A stretch of DNA of 63,629 bases, filler included, from Craspedostauros australis (lineage: Eukaryota): assembly GCA_030167865.1 (NCBI GenBank). It is 12 parts of 12 records of this genome, joined end to end, with 100 filler letters (N's around TTAATTAATTAA, not from the genome) between each part and the next. Parts side by side here need not be neighbours in the genome. Positions count along the whole stretch, not along the records: positions 30,528 to 56,835 come from JALAGF010004162.1; 11 more parts are not named here. The stretch is one strand, 5' to 3'. This document shows, in pieces, positions 32,872 to 43,588 of the stretch. The notes under the pieces were generated by a model, which was given only the letters and a program-made list of their open reading frames with translations, made no database searches and had not been told where the DNA came from. How positions within the stretch are numbered: the stretch's first letter is position 1; every line of letters starts with the position of its first letter. The translations under genes were made by a program, and so were the position numbers.

Positions 32872-34143
32872 TTACTTGGCGCGAAGGATGGTCTCGACCA
32901 TTTGCTCGACACTCTCGTGGATGCGGGATGGCAAGCTAATGCGGCGGGTGCTTCCATGCCATGCTGGCAGGAGGTTGTCCTGGAGCAAAAATCGGCGGTA
33001 CAAGGATGGCTTGCTTTGCTCTCCTTCGCCATTCGGCGGCTTCGAATGAGGACCGGCTGCAGCGTGGTCGTCCTCTTCGGATTCCACATTGCGCACCGTG
33101 AGCCAATGCTTCTTCTCCATTTCGTCGTAGGAGGTCCAAATGCGCAACGTTCCGTAGCGAGTTGGGGCATGTTCTTCGGCACCAAGTTGGCCGGTGGTTT
33201 TCGAGGCGTTTCCATGTCCTGCAGCGACCTTGCGTTTGTCGATGACAGGGATGCCACTCTTCTGTGCAAGATCTGCATCACTGTCGTTGGTACCGCCGTT
33301 CCCCATCCCCTTGGCTGAGGTGGGAGACTCTTGGGGTTCGGGCTCCTGGAGCAGCTCAAAGGATCCGTCGCGATGAAGGCGCAGCAACGTCAATCCTTGA
33401 TTTTGCAGGAACTCGTGGTGCTTGTTCTGAAGGTATTGCAAAATGATCTGCGACAACGGGTGGACGTGGACGAAGCGCACCCACTCTGCGGAATACGTCA
33501 ACTGCGGCGATGGAGAGGACGAGGATGGGGATAGCAGCAACTGCGGTGGATATGGTGTGGTGGTGGCGACACCACCGTTGATGTTCCCCGCTCCTCCGTG
33601 AGCAGGATTGGTGAGATCCTCCAACGAAACCTTTTTGGGAGCTCTGGGCAATCCGTCTCTGCTGCTGTCAGCAGAGATTGAGTTGACGGCTGCGCCGTCG
33701 CTGTTGAGGTTGAGATCTGATCCGCCGTTGGCTGGCGTGTCTTCCGACGAAGCCATCTGGGCAAACGACGTCTTGGATTTGGAAGCGGTAGTTTGTGAAG
33801 TTGGGGTTGACGACGACGACGACGACGACGTTGATGTTGAAGTTGGCTCTGTGGAGGTGATGTCGGTTGGGTTGTTGCCGTTGAAACCCTTGGAACCGAA
33901 GGAACGGTGCGAGACACCCCGTGGCGCGGCGCTGTGACGCCACGCGTATGCGGAGAGCGTGGATCGGTTGACCGTGGAGGAATTGAACCGGGCCTCGTTT
34001 TCCGCGCCGCGCACGGCAGCAGCCGACGGTGCCTGCACGCAGCACGATCGGGTGCCGATGGATTGCCAGTCGTTCCTCACGAAGGAAGAGAAACGCCAGG
34101 CCTGTGCGCGCGACGCATTTCGTGGCATGGAGAAACGTTGCAT
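32872..34143 (-). CDS. Hypothetical protein, 423 aa, probably mitochondrial
   Basis: R/S/A-rich N-terminus ending RSF. Compact blocks (HVHPLSQIILQYLQ, IWTSYDEMEKKHWLTV, RFLLQDNL) are separated by low-complexity linkers. Confidence 0.75.
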   Translation of the reverse strand: MQRFSMPRNASRAQAWRFSSFVRNDWQSIGTRSCCVQAPSAAAVRGAENEARFNSSTVNRSTLSAYAWRHSAAPRGVSHRSFGSKGFNGNNPTDITSTEPTSTSTSSSSSSSTPTSQTTASKSKTSFAQMASSEDTPANGGSDLNLNSDGAAVNSISADSSRDGLPRAPKKVSLEDLTNPAHGGAGNINGGVATTTPYPPQLLLSPSSSSPSPQLTYSAEWVRFVHVHPLSQIILQYLQNKHHEFLQNQGLTLLRLHRDGSFELLQEPEPQESPTSAKGMGNGGTNDSDADLAQKSGIPVIDKRKVAAGHGNASKTTGQLGAEEHAPTRYGTLRIWTSYDEMEKKHWLTVRNVESEEDDHAAAGPHSKPPNGEGEQSKPSLYRRFLLQDNLLPAWHGSTRRISLPSRIHESVEQMVETILRAK

Positions 34144-35375
34144 CTTTGATGTGCGGATCTGATGAGTTGGTTGGGTGGAAGAGGGCCAGGGAGGGTTGCT
34201 GATTGACTCTGTGTTGCTGTTAGTTGCGTTGCTGACGATGCCTGTCTGCTGTTGCTGGTTTGTGTGGAATACGAGTGCACAGAGGGAACTGATGCCTCTT
34301 TGCTGCTCAAACGGGGGTTCTGGTTCGTTCTGGTCCTTCTGCTTTGTGCGGACGTATTATGCGAGATGCGGATAGGAAGGTCCAAGTGCGATGACACGAC
34401 CTTTTTTCGATTCAATTCCTTTGGATGTCTTCTTCGAAGATCCCGACAGCGTGCTGGTCGTCTTTCTTCTCCTGTTCGCTCACTCACTTGCTCAGCTGCT
34501 TGGCTCTGGACTTGGTCTCTCTGATCCCAATCCTCTCTTATGATGATGCCTGCGTGTAGTCGTATCTGTGTCGTATTATACGTTCAAGCCGATGCAAATC
34601 AACTCAGTTGCTCTCTTGTGATCTTTGCTCTCTCTCTGTTTCTCGTTTTGGTTCGTTCCTCTCCTCTGTCTCCGCAGCGACGCGTCATCTTCGCACCCGC
34701 GACGATCAGGAGAGAAGGTTCCCTGTTGCGCCCTTCGCCCACGAAGCTCAGTTTCGAGAACAAAGCCATCACCTCTCTGCTCCCCAAACACACAGGCAGA
34801 ATCACACGGACACAACCCATCGCACGAGAAACACGGAGTGCGTCAACGTTCGTCATGTGACACGCACAACAGCTGCTTGTTCTGTTTCTGATTTGAGAAT
34901 CCCGCAATCACGAGTTCCCATCATAAACCGTGATTGAAGTCGATTGCTCGGAGCAGTCAATCACGACCAGATGTCATTGTCCTTCGTCGGTTCAAACCAT
35001 ATCTCAATAACATCAAAATAACGCCATTCCTACAGTTAGTGAGATTCAAAGGTGTCGCGCCGAAGTCCGCAACGCTGAAGTACGCAACGCTGATGCCAAC
35101 AACGGACACAACGGCGTTGTCGCAGAAGTTGATCCTGTGAGGTGTGATGGACATCATGTTGCTGAATCTCTCCATTTGTTCGTTTCGTTCTCTCGTTGCT
35201 TCACCTCTTTGTCCTTCCGCGGCTGCAAAGGATACCAGATCACATCATAACACAGTGCAGCACATGCATCCGAGGACTCACAGCGGGGCAACTTTAGAAC
35301 ATCTTCCGACACACACAACCATACCATACACCACACTACACTACACTGCCAAGTATCGTTATCGATTGATGCAGA

Positions 35376-37570
35376 ATGGGACAGCAAAGCATATCCGTGT
35401 TCCTGGTGTTCTTCGCGGCATTGCTGGCCTTGGTGCTGGTTCTGTCCAAGTTCTTGCATGATCATCCGCAGGTGGCATCGGTGCTTCCTGAGGCTGCGAT
35501 GGTGCTGGCCGTCGGCATGATTGCTGGCTTTTGCATCCATCTGATCATCGGGGATGACGCGAGGCAGGCAATGTCAAACGGAGCAAACGCGGACGGTGAC
35601 GACGATGCGGTGGCCGTCGACAGCGACCTGTCGGCGCTGCTCTCATTCAACCCGGACATCTTCTTCATCGCGCTGCTGCCGCCAATCATCTTCAATTCGG
35701 GCTTGCGCATCGGGGCCTTGTTCTTTCGGCACATCGTCCCCATCTGCATGCTGGCAATCGTCGGGACGACGGTCAGCGCCATCTCCATCGCGTTCATGCT
35801 TCGCATCGTCGTGGGGTTTGGCCTGGCCGGAAGCGACAACGGCTCCTACTTCCAGCCGCATTTCTCGGAGTTGCTGGCGTTCGGTGCGCTCATCTCCAGC
35901 ACGGATCCCGTCAGCACCTTGGCGGTGTTTCAAGCCAAGCGCGTTGATCCACAGCTATTCTACCTCGTATTCGGCGAGTCCGTGCTCAATGACGCCCTCG
36001 GGATCGTGCTCTTCGAAGCATTCGCGCAATTCGTGGCCCAGCAGTCAACGGCAGGGACTATCGCCCTTGGATTCTTCGAATTCGCCTGGAATCTATTCAT
36101 AGACTCGTTCGGGAGCTTGATTCTGGGCGTGACCAGCGGATTGATGGTCGCCTTGCTGTTCAAGCACATCGACATGCGACAGACGAAGGTGCTGGAGATA
36201 TCCACCTACATCGTGCTCATGTACATCCCGTTCCTGCTGGCGGAGATCATGCATCTCTCAGGTATCGTCACGATCCTGTTCACCGGAATCACGGCAAATC
36301 GCTACGTCGTTCCCAACCTGTCCCCTGTCACGCAGGTCAATGCGGACATGCTGTTCCGGTTGCTTGCTCACCTTTCCGAGACGAGCATCTTTCTGGAACT
36401 GGGACTGTCAGTGTTTGGATTGATCGGCCATTGGAACTGGCAGTTCATCGGTTGGTCGTTGCTGGCATGCCTCATCGGCCGGGCACTAAATGTATATCCC
36501 ATCGCTCTCTTCTTCAATGGCTTGCTATTGCGAAATGAAGATGGTGTTGGCGTCGACATCAAGAACATCACCATTGCTGGCACCAATCGGGCTTCCCCAC
36601 CGCAGGCAGAGGAAGATGGCGGCACGGAAATGACCACGAGGTACGACGCCAAGGCGACTTCTAACTCCGCCCTGACGCAGACTTTGGATCCGTCTTCGCA
36701 ACAAGATCTCGATGACGGAATGGTGCTTGGCAATCGGGCCGTGATGTCATTTTCGGAACAAAGTTTCATGTCGCACTCGACCAGCACGCCCGTGAGACGT
36801 AAAGATCTCAAGATCAGGCCGAAGACGCAGCACATGCTTTGGTTCTCCGGTTTGCGTGGGGCCGTGGCATATGCCTGCGTCAGACGGTTCCCAGATGGCT
36901 TCGATCATCAGAAGGAATTCACGATGACGACGATGGCAATCGTGCTGATCACCGTCTTCCTGTTTGGCAGCTCCACAGATATGACCTTGGGTTTGCTGGA
37001 TATCACGACGGGCGTCGATGAGAACATGTTCATGAAGAAGCATCTGCGAGAACCGCTCGTCGCATCCGGAATCTCCAGGTTTGGTAAGCATTTTGTATGA
37101 TTGAATTCGTACCCATCGCAAGACTATCGATTCGGACGTTTGATTGAGCGCTCCTCTCCATTTGGATTTCTTTGTTGGTGATTGTTTGTGCAGTCGCCAG
37201 TTGATCATCGTCGTGACCAACAACTCACATCACCCCGCTCTTCTCTTTTTGGACGCATCTCGGATTTGATTGATGTTGCACTACACTTTGTTTTGCCATT
37301 CCAGATGAGACTGTCATCAAGCCATATGTTATTCGAGATTACAGCGCCATGAGAGGCGTTGGCTACAAGGTCAAAGAGGAAGAAGACGCGGCGAATGGGC
37401 GGCATGTTCGGTTCAACGATCTCAATGACAGCGAGAGGAGTGACGCTCGCCATAACGACATGAAGGAGATGACAGAGGAACACCACATGGAGCAAGTGCG
37501 GTCTGAGAACGAGGCCAAGGTCGGAACGTTGATCCGTCAGGATTCGTTGTTTGATTATGGTGGCAATTGA
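35376..37570 (+). CDS. Na+/H+ exchanger (CPA1, NHX/NHE type); exons 35376-37083 and 37305-37570, with possible further 5' exon(s)
   Basis: FFIALLPPIIFNSG, FGALISSTDPVSTL, LVFGESVLND, LSGIVTILF and WFSGLRGAVAY. Intron gtaagc...ttccag (37084-37304) joins RF-DETVIKPYVIRD in frame. Confidence 0.95.
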
Positions 37571-37834
37571 TTCCCCAACGCACGCAATGTATAATACGTC
37601 GCACAGCGAGGCTCTTGTATGGAACGGAGCCACGCGATGTGCATCCCAGCGAACTCTGCATTTTTCAAGTTGAGATGGATGCATAGTATTACATAGAATA
37701 CTTTATGGAGATCATTTGTGATCAGGGCCATTGATCAGTCCACTCTTACTCGTATGTATAACACCATACACCAGCATTGTGGATGAGTGCAGCGCCGTAC
37801 GTGTACTTGCTGAATCTGGACCTCGGAAACTGTT

Positions 37835-39229
37835 TTAGTCATCGGCGGTGGTTCTTCGCCGATTCTTCTTGATGGGCTTCCTCTTCTTTTTGAATGCCAC
37901 GTTGGACTTTCCAGCCGAGAGAGACTTGGCTGTATCTTCAACCTTGATGTCGGCCTCCTTTTGAATGTCGATTCCCTTGTAACCGCCAGTATTCCACACA
38001 TCGTAAGCACCCAGCGCAGAGTCATCAGCATTTGCCGTCTTGGCCTCCTCCATTCGTCTGTAGTCCGCCTCCTTCTTTTGCTTGTCAATATCGTCGGATG
38101 CCTCCTTGCGCTTCTTGCGGAGACGATCACGCCCCTCCTTTAGCTCCTGCCGCACCGTGGTTCGTTTGATGGTCACGGTGGACCATCCCGTCAGCCCAGT
38201 CGATTCCTCGACCTCCTGCTGCGGCGCCTGATCCAGTTCCAGCTCCTCGCCTCCCATGGCCAGCAGCCGTGCTTCATGCAGATTGTCGGGAATGCGTTCA
38301 TCGCCGCCAAGGACAAGACGGATGCGATCCAGCGCCACGCTCTTTGCGAGCGTTTCGTCCGTATCATCCGTCGATTGCAGGTACGACACATGCACGATGA
38401 GTTCATCCGTGTTCTTGTTGTGATGCACGGCCGCGACGAGAGCATCCTTCCAATGATTGCTGCGTTCCGGCAACCGCTTCTCTTCGTCTCCCGCCGATGT
38501 CCCGCCGGTCCACAGTTGGACGGGCAAATCTTCTTCGAGGATCGCGAAGAAGTACTGGCCTTCGAGGTATGTTTTGCCATCCTGGTCATAATGCCCCTGC
38601 CCTGGTTCGATACGGATGCGCTTTTTGCTTCTGCCGGCTTGATTGTCGTCATCATCGTCGTCGTCGTCGTCTTTTTCTTTTCGCTTCTCTCTGCGCGCTT
38701 GCCATGCTTCCCTCGCTTGTTCGCTAGTGGCCGCGCCATTGGTGGTTGCTGGCGGCGGTGGGGGAGGAGGAGGAGGCACTACGTTGGAATTGCTGGGAGG
38801 CGGAGGAGGTGGAATGGCGCGGTTGTTCTGCCCATGCATGCCAGCCCCCGAGGACGGTTGGTGCATGGGTTGAGGATAGCTCTGTTGCTGGCGAGATTGA
38901 GCAGCGTGGGACGGATGCTGCTGGTGTCCTCTCGCAAAGACGGGTCCTCCGCCTTGCTGCTGCGCAGTGGTCGGCATCCCCATCTTGCCCCTCGCGGCAG
39001 CCTCAATCTGCGCCAATGTCGATTGCAGGAACTTGTTCTGCTTGTCCTCCTCCATCTTGTCCCTCCTCTTTTGCTCCAGCGATTCCTCCACCTTCTCGCG
39101 ATGCTTCTTTCCATTCTCATGCAGCATGATGGACTGGCGATCGCCGCCTGTCCAGATGTTGCACAAGGCACAGTAGTGCCTCTCTTGGTTCTTCCATGAT
39201 TCCTTCTTTCCCTTTCTCGATGACGACAT
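37835..39229 (-). CDS. U1-type (matrin) zinc-finger protein, WBP4/FBP21-like spliceosomal factor
   Basis: N-terminal WKNQERHYCALCNIW...IMLHENGKKH. Pro-rich linker, TGWSTV motif and basic C-terminus (VAFKKKRK). No WW domain is visible. Confidence 0.8.
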   Translation of the reverse strand: MSSSRKGKKESWKNQERHYCALCNIWTGGDRQSIMLHENGKKHREKVEESLEQKRRDKMEEDKQNKFLQSTLAQIEAAARGKMGMPTTAQQQGGGPVFARGHQQHPSHAAQSRQQQSYPQPMHQPSSGAGMHGQNNRAIPPPPPPSNSNVVPPPPPPPPPATTNGAATSEQAREAWQARREKRKEKDDDDDDDDDNQAGRSKKRIRIEPGQGHYDQDGKTYLEGQYFFAILEEDLPVQLWTGGTSAGDEEKRLPERSNHWKDALVAAVHHNKNTDELIVHVSYLQSTDDTDETLAKSVALDRIRLVLGGDERIPDNLHEARLLAMGGEELELDQAPQQEVEESTGLTGWSTVTIKRTTVRQELKEGRDRLRKKRKEASDDIDKQKKEADYRRMEEAKTANADDSALGAYDVWNTGGYKGIDIQKEADIKVEDTAKSLSAGKSNVAFKKKRKPIKKNRRRTTADD

Positions 39230-39750
39230 GTTGCAGTGGCAAACGGGTGCCTGCTGATTGGCTTCTCGTTCTTGGTTGACAGAGTATGGTGGCTGCACCT
39301 GAGATGATGTCTATTATGTGCTGACGAGGAGGTTGCCGGTACACATTGATTGTGAGCTAGTTCACGGTGTCAACGAACGTAGAAACCAACGAGGACAACA
39401 ACGTGGACAGCAATGCGCACACAAAAGAGGAAACACAACAAGAGAGACAGAGATGTGTGCGTGTTTGGGTGGTGGCGGCAACACAAAAATGGCGCCACAG
39501 TCCGTACGGCGTCGGATTCCCTCAACCGTTTTTCAACGAGTACCGATGCGAATTGGTTGGCTGTTGTGTGGTGTGGTGGAACCAGAAACAGTTCTGTTTC
39601 TGTTGGTGCTCACATCTCCCTTTCTTCAACAGCAACAAGCCAACTCTCGCACCCATCATCTTTTGTGACAACAAGACGTCGAGTAATCAATCAATCAGAC
39701 AGTCATATACCATACCATAACATTCGAGCACAAGTACAAGTACGGATACA

Positions 39751-40407
39751 ATGGCAACCATCGACGATTTCAAGGCAGGCGTCACCGCGTGTTTGCGGTC
39801 CTGGTCGGCATTCCGCACGGCCGTCGAGAATGGCTGGGGAGGTGGGACGAATCCCAGTTTCAGCAAGGCGGAGGAGCTGCGCAACAGCATCCTTCAGATC
39901 ATGAACGGCCAGAAGTGTCCCATCCCCAACTTCGACGTGTACGATCTGTCCGACAACCTCGCCATCTACATGGAGGAGGAGTTCAGCGTCACGCTGGAAG
40001 ACAAATCCGAGGAGCAGGTGGCGGCCACCATCTTCCAGATCTACGAGCAATGCTACAACGGCGACGCCTCCCTCGCGCGCAGTCTCGTGACGCAGGCGGA
40101 GCAGGCCATCGCCACGACGTCGCAATTCCCGACGCATGTGCAGAAAACGGAGCACGACGAAGATGATGATGATGAGGATATGGTGGATTCCGCGACGGGG
40201 CAGGCTGTAGCGCCCATCAACGTGAGCCTCGATCTCGACATGGCGGCATATGCCAGTGCGCCTCTGTTTGGTGAACCCAAGGCTGCCAAGACGCCAGCGA
40301 ATGAGAAACCGCTGCGGCAGCTTGGAGAGGCCGCGCCCGTCGCGGCGCCTGTGGAGATGGATGATGACGGATTTGCGCCCGTGAAACCGAAGGGGAGACG
40401 AAGATAA
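39751..40407 (+). CDS. TSR2: Pre-rRNA-processing protein TSR2 (WGG domain)
   Basis: WSAFRTAVENGWGG, EEFSVTLEDKSEEQVA, an acidic tract and C-terminal DDDGFAPV. Confidence 0.92.
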   Translation: MATIDDFKAGVTACLRSWSAFRTAVENGWGGGTNPSFSKAEELRNSILQIMNGQKCPIPNFDVYDLSDNLAIYMEEEFSVTLEDKSEEQVAATIFQIYEQCYNGDASLARSLVTQAEQAIATTSQFPTHVQKTEHDEDDDDEDMVDSATGQAVAPINVSLDLDMAAYASAPLFGEPKAAKTPANEKPLRQLGEAAPVAAPVEMDDDGFAPVKPKGRRR

Positions 40408-41013
40408 TGCGGCGAATGAATACTCTACAATAATTCTGCATGGCGCCTAAATAAAAGTGAAAAACAGGGTTGGCAACCTGGAGGGCGAAGTCTGAAGCAA
40501 ATGCTGAATCCAGCAAAGGAGGGAGAGCCAAGGAAGTCAACCGCGCTGTTCCAGAACAATACATGAGACCAGCTCTCCCCCAAGATCAAGGATAAACGAA
40601 GCGTAAGAGGAAGATCGTGAACATCAAATCTTGTCCAACGGGCATGGGGGTCGAGATCGGACAATGCCGACGCTTTCTCCTTTGTGAGAACTGTGTGCGG
40701 AACACGATGGAAGAGTGTGAAACAATGCAATCTCAGCTTGCAACAGTTCGAGAGTTATGAAGCGAAGTTTCATGAATAGTATTATAATATTATATAATAG
40801 AATAATACGTATGTATGGTAGCCGCATTACATGTAGCATTCCATGAAGTTTTTGCGAGTCGGAGCCCAGGATACTGTTCTCAAACAGTTCGGCGAACATC
40901 ACCCGGAGTTTGGCTCTGCTGGCTCACCGGTTTTCGAAGAAAGATAGGTCCTTGTGCGTGGGCTTCCCAATCCTTCTTGCTTTCTTGAGATGCAGCTCAT
41001 AGATTGGCGCCAA

Positions 41014-42167
41014 TCAGTCTTTCTTGTACTTCCTTCTGGCGAAGAGGCTGAACAGTCCGATGAGACCGGAGACGTACGCCATGCAAAGCAACATCGCGAA
41101 TCTAGCGAGCGACGTGTCGCAGTTATCCATCATGAAGAAGCCGTACAGCGGATACGTAATGCCCATGATGAATTGGCTGTAGACGCGCATTGGTACCCGC
41201 ATGTATGTATGGTGTAGGTCGCAGGTATGGTCCATGTCGTTGACGTTCCATGGTCGATCGCGGTAGCGACATATCAAGAATGACAAGGTCGAGAACAGTG
41301 TGAATTGTGTCAGAATAGTCGTACAGCAGAGAGGAGAGAAGAGAAGAGAAGGACCCTTGCAGCAGTACCAATACAGGAAGAGTACGGAATGCAATCGGAA
41401 TCGTCAGGACAGTTTGCGACTCACCAGATCTGCGCCGCCGTCAAGTACTTGGCTGCTTTGATGTCTGTCTTGGGTGACACGGTCTTCACGAAGAAGTAGG
41501 TGTACATTGCCGAATGGATCACGCTGTTCAGAACAACAGAGATCACCAACCAGTTGGATTGGCTCAGAAGAGAGATCCACATGCAGAAGACGACGCCAAC
41601 ATGATGGTACATCTGAAGAAAGGACGGCCGCTTGTTCTTCCACACCAGGATCCAGGTGTCGATGAACTCGTAGAACTTGGAGAGGTAGAAGAGGACAACC
41701 CAGGTGCCCAGCCCTGAATCATGCCACAGCATGCCTCGCCGGTCGCAGTAGCTGTCCAACATCCCGTGCTTGGATGTGTGCTGAATGACGATCGAGATGA
41801 CGTTGTACGCAACGATCGCAGAGAAGATTGCAAGGCTGAGGTTGTGAGCGGCCACCGCCATGCGAAATACGGTCGACTTGGGCTTGATCGGTATGGACTT
41901 CATGATTGGTTTGGAGACGAGATAGAAGAGGAGCACCGCGGCCACGCACTCGGGCTTGAAGAAGAAAGCGACGTAAGGATCCGATGGCAGTCTGTCGTAT
42001 GGGAAGCCATCGACGAGGAGTGTGGTGAGGGTGGTTGCGAGAGGTTGTGCATCATTGCTGACCTGAAGCTTACTGAGGCTCCACGCATCTTGATGTTCGA
42101 AGATTGTGTGTAGTGTTGCATTGGCGCTGTGGATTGATTGGATGCTGGTATTCATGTTTGCGTGCAT
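41014..42167 (-). CDS. Fatty acid elongase (ELO/GNS1/SUR4 family); exons 42167-41425 and 41176-41014
   Basis: FYLSKFYEFIDT, FLQMYHH, NSVIHSAMYTYF and KYLTAAQI. Intron gtgagt...tacag (41177-41424) gives AAQICQF. Ends in a Lys-rich tail (KYKKD). Confidence 0.93.
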
Positions 42168-43588
42168 GCGAAAGAGCTATAATACTTCTGTTGCTTTGTG
42201 ATCGGTGGATGAACGTGTGGAGATGTGGAGATGTGGAGGTGCACGAGGATAAGAGATGTATGTAATGGGCGTGTTGAGTATGGTAGGTGATGGTTAATGG
42301 GAGAGGTTTGCAGTTGATTGCTGTTGATTTTATGCAGAGTATGATAGTTGATGGACAGATGGATGGATGGCCTCTGGACAAGAAGGAATGGGAACGCAGT
42401 TCGTCGCAGAGGATGCAGAAGCACTCTCTGCGTTGGTGTGGTAGGCACAGCTTTGATGCATGAAGCAGGCTGGTATGATCTTCGTCTTCCAATCATGCTT
42501 TCGATTGCCTGCATGGGCGTGTATGGTACAAAGCTCATACGAAGAACCCACATCCAGAAGTTCGGGATTGCATGCCGTATCTGCTACTTGTATAACCAGG
42601 AACCCGCGTCCACCATTACTACGAGTAGAGAGAGAGAGAGAAAGAGAGCTTGATGATTCGGCATTGTGTTTAGACACGCCGTGGGCCCAACCATAACATC
42701 AGATCAATCTTGAAGGATTGCATAGCTGGTATTGCATTCTCGGGGCGAAGATCGGACATTTAAGGAGGAATAACCTGTGGAGCATGGCGGCGTAATCTCT
42801 ACTGGCAGCGTACTAGAATCTGTGTAGGTGGAAGTCGTAACAGGTGAACGAGGCAGAAATTGCTCAGCGCAGAAACCGCAAACAGACATGTGTGAGAGAA
42901 ACGTGTTCGCGACGACACCAGGCATTGGAGAAGATGTTGATCGCGTTGCGCAGCACACAAACACACCACATTTTGTCCGCTTTGCCGGCCAATCCTGCAC
43001 AGAGCTCATTCCATCAACAAATAGTACCTCTTTTGGAGTTCACGCAATGCATGCATCTATGGCCATGCATGATTCCTCTCACGCTGGTGTCATGACATGA
43101 TGTTATCATGTCTTCAGACAGACTTACAAACCTGTGAAAGAAGTTCCAATGGCGCCTGGAAGGAGCGAAGATCGCGAGCCTCTGGAGTGATGTTTCGTCT
43201 CGAGAGTCTTCGAGCAATGCGTGGGGGTTTGCCAATTAATCGTGGCGTGATGAGCCAGTCAATCGGGCTCAGACACATGTGATGTCGTTACGACGGCCAC
43301 AAGCACCAAGGTCCTCGGCATCACTCACAGGAACAATTACCTTGTGCATTGGCCTGTACATCCGTGTCTCTGTTGGTTCGTTCGAGAAAAACAGAGAATC
43401 ATGGAAGCGAGGTGTCGCAACAACATGCAATCATAAAATCCTTTCAGAACAACACATAACAACAACAGCTACAGCAACCTATTATACTCAACCCAAGTCT
43501 TATATTATATAACACCAAAGTGAAACACTCGTGCCAAGATACCAACAAACACCACCCACCCATCCACGCATCCACACATCCACACATC

